A stretch of DNA of 64,000 bases from NCBI GenBank assembly GCA_039028615.1, contig JBCCHT010000016.1, positions 167,618 to 231,617 of the forward strand, given 5' to 3'. A program made the position numbers and the translations under genes. The notes beneath the pieces are model-generated. The model did not search any database. It saw only the letters and a list, made by a program, of their open reading frames with translations, and was not told where the DNA came from. Of this stretch, positions 55,784 through 64,000 are shown in pieces. Source of the DNA: Myxococcota bacterium (GTDB lineage Bacteria; Myxococcota_A; Polyangia; Nannocystales; Nannocystaceae). The stretch's first letter is position 1; every line of letters starts with the position of its first letter.

Positions 55784-57211
55784 CTACTCGGCCCCGTTCT
55801 CGTTGCTCGGGGATATGTCGTCCGGCCCGACAGGGTTGGACGATGCGAACCGTTCGTACGGTCGCATCGTCGAAACAGGACGGTCGAAGGACGTCAAGAT
55901 GCGCGACAGGATGCCCGTCCCGAGGAATACGCTCTTCTCGCCCACGGAGGCCTTCAGGAGCCTCCCTCGGTGCTCGATCATGTCCCCGCGCTTCATTCGA
56001 TTCCTTCCGGACTCACGTTTGGTTGCCAGCTGTATCTCGCACGAAAGCTGCGCGTTGACGACCTCCATCCACCGATCGATGTCGAGGCACATCATCATCC
56101 AGTAGTCACCAGTGAAGAGCTTCATTCGAAGTCCCTGGGGAAGAGGTGCTGCCAACGTCGGGCACGGAAGGCCGACCGCGTTCACCATTGGCAAGTAGGC
56201 GAACCTTGGACTTGCAACGCCGAGGCCCTCGACCCAGGCCTCGAAGGCCGCGGACATGCGCCGGTCCTTGTAGAGGCCGAGAAACAAGCACTCGTCGACA
56301 TCGCGGATCGCCCAGTTTGCATCGTCCGCGAGTTCCTCAGCCATCTCCACGATCACGTCGCCGTAGTCCTCGACTTCGAACACCTCCGAAGGGATCTCGA
56401 TCCGCTTTCCCGTTGAGATGTCTGTTCCGCGATCCGTGCGAAGGGTGTTGACCGTCTCGTTGAGCCGCTCCACCTGCCGTGCCATGCGAGAGAGCTGTTC
56501 TTGCTCCCGCTCCGTCATTTCCGACAGCGCGTACGCGAGTTGCCTTTGGCACTGGCTTGCGGAGAAGCGGTCCAGTACCTCGTGGCACTTCTCGTTGACA
56601 TCACCGGACTTCACCTCCGCAAGCGTGATCGTGTGCCCAGCACCGTCGTGCTCGGCGATCACGAGGTCGCCGACATGGACGAACGTCGTCAAATCACTCA
56701 GGATCGCGCACGTAGTTGGCGACGAGTTGTAGTCATCCGCCGCCTCAAGGTTGAGCAGCAACGAATGACGGTCGAGCGACCCGTCGGCGCCGTCAAGTCG
56801 CAGGCGCCGGACGACATAGTGTTGGCGACCACAGATCGTCCAAACGATGGCGTCGATCGCCGACCGCACCTGGCGCAGCCGGTATTCCAACAGCTTGCGC
56901 GTCTGCTTGAAGCCGTTGGCCGCAGGCCGGTCGCGATTGCGGTTGCACGTCCGCACCAACGCGTCGACCTCCTTGATCTCGTCAACCAGCGACACGACCA
57001 AAGAGAGTGCCTCGTTCTGGGCCCGCTTCCACCCATCGTGCACGGTCCTCACCATCTCGATCCGCTGAAGCGAGTCTGGGATGCCTGCGTTCTTCGGCTC
57101 GGAAGCGGTTGGATCGAAGGTCATTGTGAGCTTCGCCAACGAGCGCAAAGAGCCGACGAACTCTTCGTCAGATACGCGTGGGTGCCCAACCAGTTTAGCG
57201 CTAGGTGCCAC
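55784..57211 (-). CDS. Hypothetical 475-aa protein with PD-(D/E)xK-like motif
   Basis: N-terminal coiled helices; SDLTTFVHVGDLVI...LAEVKSG; atypical codon usage. Confidence 0.7.
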   Translation of the reverse strand: MAPSAKLVGHPRVSDEEFVGSLRSLAKLTMTFDPTASEPKNAGIPDSLQRIEMVRTVHDGWKRAQNEALSLVVSLVDEIKEVDALVRTCNRNRDRPAANGFKQTRKLLEYRLRQVRSAIDAIVWTICGRQHYVVRRLRLDGADGSLDRHSLLLNLEAADDYNSSPTTCAILSDLTTFVHVGDLVIAEHDGAGHTITLAEVKSGDVNEKCHEVLDRFSASQCQRQLAYALSEMTEREQEQLSRMARQVERLNETVNTLRTDRGTDISTGKRIEIPSEVFEVEDYGDVIVEMAEELADDANWAIRDVDECLFLGLYKDRRMSAAFEAWVEGLGVASPRFAYLPMVNAVGLPCPTLAAPLPQGLRMKLFTGDYWMMMCLDIDRWMEVVNAQLSCEIQLATKRESGRNRMKRGDMIEHRGRLLKASVGEKSVFLGTGILSRILTSFDRPVSTMRPYERFASSNPVGPDDISPSNENGAE

Positions 57212-57339
57212 GGTTGAAGGCTACAACGCTGGACACCTAGAAGTGACAGCATGGAAGAAACAACCCCGCGAGCTAGAAGCTCCCGTGCCACAACCCCGTT
57301 CGGTCCACGTCGACTGCCCGCGGGCCGGCGGGTCTTCCG

Positions 57340-58053
57340 CTAGCTCGCTCGACGCGACACGATTCGGGCAATCGTGTTGGGGTGCCAGTCGCCTCCTGAC
57401 CGCGGTCGGAATCCCCGGGAGGCTAGTTGTTTCCCAACAGCGACGAGAGTCATTCCCCTCTCCCGAAGGCAGCACGCGAGCAAGACGACTCTTTGCTCGC
57501 GAGGATCGGGTTCGAGGTGGTGACCATCTGCGGCGAGGCGGAACCCGTACGGCACCGCGCCTACCCGCTCGCCTCGGGCGCGCTTGACCGCCATCGCGGA
57601 CCGCGTCCGAGCGCGGATCAGGCTCCTCTCGTACTGCGCGAACAGATCGATGACTCCGCGCATGAGCTGGGCCTCAGGCCCGTCGCCATCTCCAGCGCGG
57701 TCCGAGGTTCGGACTCTCGCCCCCTCACGCTCGACGATCCGCTCGATCATCCCGGCCGCCACAACGTCCCGCGCGATGCGATCACGCTTCATAGCGAGGA
57801 GCACTCCGGCCTCGTGTTCCACCAGGGCATCGACAGCGGCGAGCAAGCCGGGGCGCTTGTCGAGCGGTGCCCCACCGCTGACGCCGAGGTCTGAGCAGAC
57901 CACGACGAGGGTTGCCCGCTCCGACTTGCACCACCGTTCGAGCGCTGCGCGTTGGGCCTCCGGTCCAAGGTGCTGATCATCGGTGCTCACACGGACGTAG
58001 CCGACGACTCGCTTCGGGTCGCCGACTCTGGCTCGCTTCCGTTTCCGTCCCAC
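57340..58053 (-). CDS. Serine recombinase (resolvase/invertase family)
   Basis: VVGYVRVSTDDQ, DLGVSG, KRPGL, KRDRIAR, FAQYERSLIRART, GAVPYGF. Start uncertain (track start 58155). Confidence 0.92.
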   Translation of the reverse strand: MGRKRKRARVGDPKRVVGYVRVSTDDQHLGPEAQRAALERWCKSERATLVVVCSDLGVSGGAPLDKRPGLLAAVDALVEHEAGVLLAMKRDRIARDVVAAGMIERIVEREGARVRTSDRAGDGDGPEAQLMRGVIDLFAQYERSLIRARTRSAMAVKRARGERVGAVPYGFRLAADGHHLEPDPREQRVVLLACCLRERGMTLVAVGKQLASRGFRPRSGGDWHPNTIARIVSRRAS

Positions 58054-58305
58054 GATGGCCTGGACGATTGCATCGCAAGAAAATTCACGCGGGGGACGGT
58101 GCGTGAAAGCCTGGCCTACACCGGGGGGCATGCGCTGCGAGGAGAACCGCCTCACATCCCCGCAGTTCGTAGTCTCGGGCTGCCGAAGGGGTGGGTCTCA
58201 GGATTTCGACGTGCAGCCACCTACACCGCTCGTAGGCTACCGCGACGAAAAAGTGCCGCAAATTGCGACCGCGGTGTGGTGGGGCGCGACTTCGTCGCAC
58301 ACAGT

Positions 58306-58524
58306 TCAGCGGCGCCGTGGCCGGAGCAGTCGCCAAGGCTCCACGCCCAATGCATCGGCGATTCGTGCAACCGTTCTAAGATTCGGCGCCCGCTTTCCCT
58401 CAACGATCGCGTGGATGGCCGCGCGTGAGGTGCCGAGGCGTTCCGCCAACTCTGTCCACGTCGAGCCCGAGTTGGTAGCTGACCAGGCCGCTAACGCGGC
58501 GAAGCTGTGTCTGAACGCGAGCAT
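58306..58524 (-). CDS. XRE-family HTH regulator, possibly truncated at the N-terminus
   Basis: WTELAERLGTSRAAIHAIVEGKRAPNLRTVARIADALGVEPWRLL. Confidence 0.72.
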   Translation of the reverse strand: MLAFRHSFAALAAWSATNSGSTWTELAERLGTSRAAIHAIVEGKRAPNLRTVARIADALGVEPWRLLRPRRR

Positions 58525-58831
58525 CGAGGAAAGACCCGCGGAAGCGATCAGCCTTGCCGCCGCTGGTCTGTTCTTCGTCGACAAGGTCACAAGGGAAACG
58601 GTGCGCGAGCTTGAGGAGAAGTCGGTGCGTGAGCTGATGCCGCTTGCGGATGCCTGGGTCACGTACGTTTCGACGGGCTGTCCGCAATAGGCCAAAGCGG
58701 GCCGCCGGAAGATCGCCCCGGGCATTAGCGACGCGAGATCGCAGGCGGCTGCACGCCCGGTCACGCACCGACGCGAGTTCTCACGCTCACGAGGGTCCAG
58801 CGCTGCGCTACACTGCCGTGCCAGGCCCCCG

Positions 58832-59821
58832 ATGAACGCGAAACTTCTAAAGCGCCTCTTCCGCGCCGTCGCCAGCGAGAACCCCGCCGGCTTGCGCAAG
58901 ATCGCCGACGCGATCGTCGAGGGCGAACGCCGGGTTGGCCACACCAAGCTTGCAGACGAGCTAGCTGGGATTCTGAAGACGGAGTTGCCGAAGACCGCTG
59001 GACCTGGCGAGCTGCGCCGGTTGAGGCCCCTAGGAGCCCCGACCGGGCTCCCGTTCTTTTCCCGGACCGCCCCTGATGAGCTGCCGCACCATATGGTGCT
59101 AGCTCCCTCTGTCGAAGCCAGGTTCGAACAGATCGAGCGGGAGTATGCGGCTCGCTCGCGGCTACATAGCTACGGGTTTAAGCCGCGGCAACGCGTGCTG
59201 CTCTACGGGCCCCCCGGGTGCGGCAAGACCCTAGGGGCGTCGCGTCTTGCGTGGTCGACAGGGCTACCGCTCCTGAAAGTTCGCTTCGATGCCCTTCTGT
59301 CGTCGATGTTCGGCGAGTCGGCGTCCAACCTGCGGCAAGTGTTCGAGACCAGCGTCGAGGCTCCGAGCCTGCTGCTGCTGGACGAGTGCGACTTTATTGC
59401 CCGCTCCCGGCTGCATGGACGTGATGTTGGCGAGGCGGCCCGGATCGTCAACACACTTCTTCAATTGCTCGACGACTACGATCCGCCTGGTTTGCTAGTC
59501 GCCACAACAAACATCGACAAGGCGTTGGACCCGGCAATTTTTCGGCGGTTCGACGACGTAATCGAGATCCCCAAACCAGGTCCAGGAGAGATCGTACGAC
59601 TCCTTGAGACAACGCTCTCTGCCATCGAGACTGAGCCGGGGATGCCGTGGTCCAGCATCGCCGAGAGTCTCGATAACCCATCAGCCGCTGATGTGGTCAA
59701 GCTCGCGACCGATGCGGCCAAAGCGGCCTTGATCTGCAATCGTCGCGTGGTCACAGAAGCCGACATCCGATCAAGAATCGGGATGTTGAAGACGGGGACC
59801 GGGACGCATGGCGAGGCATGA
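58832..59821 (+). CDS. AAA+ ATPase, IetA-like
   Basis: Walker A GPPGCGKT, Walker B LLLLDECD, ATTN, LDPAIFRRFD; overlaps the S8 protease gene. Confidence 0.92.
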   Translation: MNAKLLKRLFRAVASENPAGLRKIADAIVEGERRVGHTKLADELAGILKTELPKTAGPGELRRLRPLGAPTGLPFFSRTAPDELPHHMVLAPSVEARFEQIEREYAARSRLHSYGFKPRQRVLLYGPPGCGKTLGASRLAWSTGLPLLKVRFDALLSSMFGESASNLRQVFETSVEAPSLLLLDECDFIARSRLHGRDVGEAARIVNTLLQLLDDYDPPGLLVATTNIDKALDPAIFRRFDDVIEIPKPGPGEIVRLLETTLSAIETEPGMPWSSIAESLDNPSAADVVKLATDAAKAALICNRRVVTEADIRSRIGMLKTGTGTHGEA

Positions 59822-62399
59822 GTACGCGCCACTACCCCTGCTCCGGACCGACGTAGGCCGCGCGAAGCTCCGCGGTGGAGGGAAGACGAGCCGCCAGACG
59901 AAGGACAACCTCAAGAGCCCGGTCCAGCACGCCACGGTCATTCGCAATGCTGCCCAAGGGGCATTGGACGCCTGGCAGGAACGGCGAACAGCCCGTCCCC
60001 CCCTCCTTCCGACGATGCCCGAAGTTGCGACCTTCTTGCTCAGGGTCGACCCCAAGGTTGAGATCGAGTTCCTGCGCTCTGCGTTCGGCTTTGAGATCGT
60101 CTCGGAACAAGAGGATGGGTTCGTAGTCGTTGCCACGGAGGACCTCGACGCAAAACGGCTTGAGCAGGTCTTGTGCAAGCTGGAAGGGGGGGAACGCGGG
60201 GGAGGAAGCGCAGCCAAGGTCTACGAGCTTGAGGATGGCGGATCGGAAGGCCGACTCCGACGGATCCTCAGCCGCGCCCTGTTCGAGTCATGGGCGACCT
60301 TGCAGGACGAGGCGGAGTACGTCCTCGACTTCGGCATCGAGTGTTGGGGAGAAGTGAACCCGCCCAACCCGATCGAGCGGAAGGACGGAGAGCCAGAGGA
60401 CAAATGGCAAGCGAGGCAGCAACGCTTCGAGACGAAGTGGCACCAAGCCTACGAGCGCTGGGACGGGATTAAGCTAGCACGCGAGACTGAACTGACCCGG
60501 ATCATTCGAGAATACTCGGGCAGGGTGCACTCGATCATGGACTGCAGCGGTGCGGTCGGAACAAATATTCCGGACAGCTTTACTGTTCGAGCCCGACTCA
60601 CCGGCCAAGCGATTCGCGACCTGGTACTGAACTACCCCTACTTGTTCGAAGTCCACGAGCCCGATGAACTTGAATCCGGCCAGCTGACTTCGAGCAGCTC
60701 GAACCTGACGCCCCAGTTCCGACTGCTCCCGCCGCCTGCAAGCGCGCCGATCGTAACGGTCGTCGACAGCGGCCTGCAGGAGCAGCACCCCCTGCTGGCG
60801 GCTGCGGTCGATCGTGCCTCTTCTCGCTGCTTCTTGAACGGTCTCCCCGCGACCGACGTCGCGGACCATGTCGCACCGGCCGGCCATGGGACTCGAGTCG
60901 CCGGTGCGGTCCTCTACCCCTCCGGTATTCCCGTGACGGGCCAATCCCAAGCGCCGTGCTGGATACGCAACGCACGCGTTCTAGATGCGAACAACCGTCT
61001 CTGCACACACAAGCTTCCCGGATTGCTCTTGGAGGAAGTCATCTCGCACCAGACATCGCTGCCGGTCCCGACTCGGATCTTCGTCCACTCGATCAACGCG
61101 TCATCCCCGTGCAGAAGGGTCCACATGAGCGCATGGGGTGCAGCCATCGACCGACTGGTGTTCGAACACGACATCGTCTTCGTCCAGTCGTCGGGTAATC
61201 TACCGCAGGCAAGCACTATCCCGACGCGCCCCGGAGTCCGGGAGCACCTCAGCCGCGGAAGAGCGTATCCCGACTATCTCTACGAGAACAGCTCTCGCCT
61301 CGCCAATCCTGCACAGAGTCTCAACGCGCTCACGGTGGGGTCTGTTGCATTCGAGGCCTTCACCGATGGCACCTGGACATCGTTGGCCCAGAAGCCGGCC
61401 AGCCCATCAGCCTTCTCGCGGACCGGGCTCGGACTCTGGGACATCGTGAAGCCAGATGTCGTCGAGTTCGGGGGGGACCTTGCGGTCGACACCGGCAACC
61501 CTCCGTCGGTCGCGACTCCCCCCTCTCTTCCTCACCTCTGCCCGGAACTCGTCCGCTCTACGATGCACTCTTTCGGCCCGACAGCGGACCGCGATGACGT
61601 TGGCACTTCGTTCGCGGCTCCGAAAGTCGCCCGCACAGTTGCCGCGATCAGCGAGGCGGTCCCCACCGCGTCTGGTCAGATGCTCCGTGCGCTCACCGTC
61701 CAGTCGGCGCGTTGGCCGACGTGGGCTGACGGCCTTCCGGCGTCCGATCAACTGAAACTCATCAAGTCTATCGGCTATGGGGTACCCAGCAGCGAGCGAG
61801 GCGCCAGAGGGGCTCACCATCGAGTCACGCTCACGTCCGAGCCCGACGTCAGGATTCACGCCCGAGAGGGCCACGTGTATCAGGTCCGGATTCCGGAACA
61901 GCTCCGAGAGGGCGAACTTGAGTTCGACGTACGCATCGAAGTGACTCTCGCCTACGCGGCATTGCCGAGGCGTACCCGCCGGAGTCACCGGAAATACTTG
62001 TCGACCTGGGTCGACTGGCAGACAAGTCGAGCAAACGAGAGCGTGGAATCGTTCGTCGCGAGGGCGCTCCATGAGAGAGGCGACTCGACCGGCGACCGCG
62101 GGTCGGCGATTCCGTGGTTCTTGGACATGCGAAGTGATCACGGCACGGTCTCGGGCGTCCGTCGCAATCGTGGAACGGTCCAGAAGGACTGGGCCGTCCT
62201 CGCTTCGCACGCGTTGCCTCGTGACTTCTGCGTCGCCGTCGTGGGTCACGAGGGGTGGAACAAGCACCCAGAAGCATCGGTGCCCTACGCAATATGCGTA
62301 ACGATGGAAGCACTCGAAACCTCGATACCGGTGTACGAGCAGGTGCTGGTCGGCGTTGGCGAACTCCAAGTAGAACTGGGGGTCGAAGTGACCGTCTAG
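59808..62399 (+). CDS. S8 subtilisin-like serine protease, IetS-like, cytoplasmic
   Basis: Triad VVDSG / GHGTRVAG / GTSFAAP; oxyanion SSGN; KPDVVEFGG; no signal peptide. Confidence 0.92.
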   Translation: MARHEYAPLPLLRTDVGRAKLRGGGKTSRQTKDNLKSPVQHATVIRNAAQGALDAWQERRTARPPLLPTMPEVATFLLRVDPKVEIEFLRSAFGFEIVSEQEDGFVVVATEDLDAKRLEQVLCKLEGGERGGGSAAKVYELEDGGSEGRLRRILSRALFESWATLQDEAEYVLDFGIECWGEVNPPNPIERKDGEPEDKWQARQQRFETKWHQAYERWDGIKLARETELTRIIREYSGRVHSIMDCSGAVGTNIPDSFTVRARLTGQAIRDLVLNYPYLFEVHEPDELESGQLTSSSSNLTPQFRLLPPPASAPIVTVVDSGLQEQHPLLAAAVDRASSRCFLNGLPATDVADHVAPAGHGTRVAGAVLYPSGIPVTGQSQAPCWIRNARVLDANNRLCTHKLPGLLLEEVISHQTSLPVPTRIFVHSINASSPCRRVHMSAWGAAIDRLVFEHDIVFVQSSGNLPQASTIPTRPGVREHLSRGRAYPDYLYENSSRLANPAQSLNALTVGSVAFEAFTDGTWTSLAQKPASPSAFSRTGLGLWDIVKPDVVEFGGDLAVDTGNPPSVATPPSLPHLCPELVRSTMHSFGPTADRDDVGTSFAAPKVARTVAAISEAVPTASGQMLRALTVQSARWPTWADGLPASDQLKLIKSIGYGVPSSERGARGAHHRVTLTSEPDVRIHAREGHVYQVRIPEQLREGELEFDVRIEVTLAYAALPRRTRRSHRKYLSTWVDWQTSRANESVESFVARALHERGDSTGDRGSAIPWFLDMRSDHGTVSGVRRNRGTVQKDWAVLASHALPRDFCVAVVGHEGWNKHPEASVPYAICVTMEALETSIPVYEQVLVGVGELQVELGVEVTV

Positions 62400-62428
62400 T
62401 GCTCGCTCAACGATAAGGACTCCGTGCC

Positions 62429-63346
62429 TTGATGCCCTCTCGATACGACGAAATCCACGATGAGTACTTCTCCGCCGACATCAAGAAGCCGGGCACACGG
62501 TACGAACGGCTTGCCGCGGCGGTCCAGCGTCTGCTGGAAGACGATGAAGCAACCGTAGTCCATGATCTGAAGCTGGTCGGGGACAGCGACGTTGCCCACC
62601 AAATCGACGTGACCGTGGAACGCGGCGGCGCCACGAAACGAGTGTTGATCGAGTGCAAGGACTTCGACATCTCGGGCAGCAAGGTGGGGTTGGATATCGT
62701 GCGGAGCTTCTGGGGCGTCGTCGATGATATCAAGCCTGACTCAGCCCTCATCGTCTCCACAGAAGGGTTCACCAAGGACGCGGTCAAGTATGCAAAGGCG
62801 AAGGGGATCAGCCTTCGCGTCTTTCGCGAGTACACGACACAGGACGACCGTGGTCGGATTCACGAGGTACGTCTCGACTTCGAGTTCAACTGGGCCCAGA
62901 ACTTCCATCTTCGGCTATTCATCCCATCGGCCGCAGACGAACAACGGCTCCGCACCGATGCGGCGGCGGCGGGAATGTCCCAGATCGGCATGAGCCGCAC
63001 AGACCCGGTTGAACTGAGCTACCAAGGTGTCAAGGAGAACCTGTTGGCGTTCGTCGAGAAGAAGCTGAAGCCGACGATCGCGACTGCGACCGGCGACCGC
63101 GTGAAGGTGCCCCTGAAGATGATGGGAGCAACGCTGACAGTCGGATCCGGTGCGCCAATTCCGATCGCTGGCATGATTCTCCAATACGATCTCGCAAGGA
63201 CGGTCGAGGTGTTGAAGGTCGCCGCGGTTGGGACGGTCAAGATGATCATCGAAGCCGTCGAAGGGGACGAGCGGCTTGTGTTCGACCATGAGTTGAGGTC
63301 GATCGAGATCGGGGAAGACGGTTTGGTGGAGAAGAAGCAGAAGTAG
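62429..63346 (+). CDS. Mrr-like (PD-(D/E)xK) restriction endonuclease domain protein
   Basis: YERLAAAV...HQIDVTV...VLIECKDF...VGLDIVRSF...IVSTEGFTKDAVKYAKAKGI; TTG start. Confidence 0.85.
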   Translation: MMPSRYDEIHDEYFSADIKKPGTRYERLAAAVQRLLEDDEATVVHDLKLVGDSDVAHQIDVTVERGGATKRVLIECKDFDISGSKVGLDIVRSFWGVVDDIKPDSALIVSTEGFTKDAVKYAKAKGISLRVFREYTTQDDRGRIHEVRLDFEFNWAQNFHLRLFIPSAADEQRLRTDAAAAGMSQIGMSRTDPVELSYQGVKENLLAFVEKKLKPTIATATGDRVKVPLKMMGATLTVGSGAPIPIAGMILQYDLARTVEVLKVAAVGTVKMIIEAVEGDERLVFDHELRSIEIGEDGLVEKKQK

Positions 63347-63532
63347 TCTCAGGTTCGAGAGCTTAGTTCGCCAGAGAAGGCAGGGCAGTGGGTACGCGTA
63401 CCCAACCCCGCACGAGGCCGCGGACCCACAGCGACCAAACCGGACGAACCGGGACGGCCGAACCCGCTTGATGCCGGCACTTTACGGTGCAACCCCGCGC
63501 CATCGTTGATGGTTCCGCGGTACCGGCCGAAA

Positions 63533-63558
63533 GGGTTCGACTCCCGGCGCCTCCACCA
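63533..63558 (+). repeat. Right att site: displaced ssrA 3' end, ending in ACCA
   Basis: gggttcgactcccggcgcctccacca; the first 24 bp are identical to 51445-51468. Confidence 0.92.
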
Positions 63559-63560
63559 AG

Positions 63561-63597
63561 ACGGGCAGCTAGCATGGTCTAGCTGCCCGTTTTCTTT
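63561..63597 (+). terminator. Intrinsic terminator after the right att site
   Basis: acgggcagctag-catggt-ctagctgcccgt perfect 12-bp stem followed by tttcttt. Confidence 0.85.
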
Positions 63598-63657
63598 GCC
63601 TGCATCGCACCGCACCGCTTCGGACCGGACAATCACGCAAGGCGCGCAGGAGCGGCG

Positions 63658-63861
63658 ATGGGAAGGACGAAGCCTCGACTCACCAAGAAGCAAAGAGCGT
63701 TGCTCGCGTTGCTGCGCGAGCGCGACGGTCGTGAGATCAACGAACGCGACATTCTGAAGGTCACAGGGTGGAGCGACAAGAGCTGGCGCGTGTACCGGAA
63801 CAACGGCTACTACGCGCCCTTCCTCGTCGAGCTTAGCCCGACGCGCTTCCGGGTCCGGTGC
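63658..63861 (+). pseudogene. 5' part of a gene (winged-helix-like N-terminus) apparently interrupted by an IS
   Basis: ATG at 63658 with AGGAG upstream; MGRTKPRLTKKQRALLALLRERDGREINERDILKVTGWSDKSWRVY... runs into the IS terminus at 63862. Confidence 0.5.
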
Positions 63862-64000
63862 TGGAATTACCCCGAATTAGTGGACACCGAGCCTACGCCG
63901 CGAGGGCGCTTTCCGTTTGGTATCGATGCTCGTACTCGACCGGGCTCAGATAGCCGTTGGCCGAGTGCCGTCGTGAATGGTTGTAGAACGCCTGGATGTA
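63862..64000 (-). mobile_element. End of an IS3-family insertion sequence (terminal IR plus transposase C-terminus, stop at 63893-63895)
   Basis: Minus strand reads YIQAFYNHSRRHSANGYLSPVEYE...AA*, the typical IS3 rve C-terminal motif; the terminus begins TGGAATTACCCCGAATTAGTGGACAC. Confidence 0.85.

Larger units (their letters stand above)
51445..63556. mobile_element. ~12.1-kb integrative element (genomic island / satellite-like) inserted in the ssrA 3' end
   Basis: 24-bp direct repeat gggttcgactcccggcgcctccac at 51445-51468 and 63533-63556; tyrosine integrase adjacent to the left copy; excisionase; visibly less GC3-biased cargo genes. Confidence 0.92.

Noticed and set aside
51445..63556. 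Complete prophage or ICE
   Set aside because: No recognisable capsid, terminase, tail, T4SS or coupling-protein genes between the att sites.
63500..63558. Possible tRNA gene
   Set aside because: Only a partial T-arm/acceptor 3' half is present; it is the duplicated ssrA end (att site).

Overview
High-GC bacterial chromosome segment. The gene content (many lipoproteins with acidic low-complexity linkers, Ser/Thr kinase-TPR proteins, VWA proteins) looks myxobacterial, possibly Nannocystaceae-like; this is an inference. Bases 1-51 kb hold mostly housekeeping and secreted-protein genes. Two regions stand out. (1) At 32.6-35.5 kb is a compact three-gene candidate RiPP locus: a 58-aa double-glycine-leader precursor, a UUCG hairpin, a 400-aa HDxxH...E metallo-motif protein, and a translationally coupled ~500-aa SelO/YdiU-like (AMPylase/pseudokinase-fold) enzyme. 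This does not match any RiPP class I recognise and is my best candidate for an undescribed system. (2) A ~12.1-kb element is integrated in the 3' end of tmRNA (ssrA, 51112-51468), bounded by a 24-bp att direct repeat at 51445-51468 and 63533-63556. It carries a tyrosine integrase, excisionase, XRE regulators, a candidate HUH Rep, a serine recombinase and defence-type cargo (IetA/IetS-like AAA ATPase plus S8 protease, an Mrr-like nuclease, and an unknown PD-(D/E)xK-like protein). Other items: a ~660-bp non-coding element with ~140-bp inverted arms, an orphan DNA methyltransferase, a large ARM/HEAT gene pair at the left edge, and the end of an IS3-family element at the right edge. All calls come from reading motifs by eye; no database searches were run.
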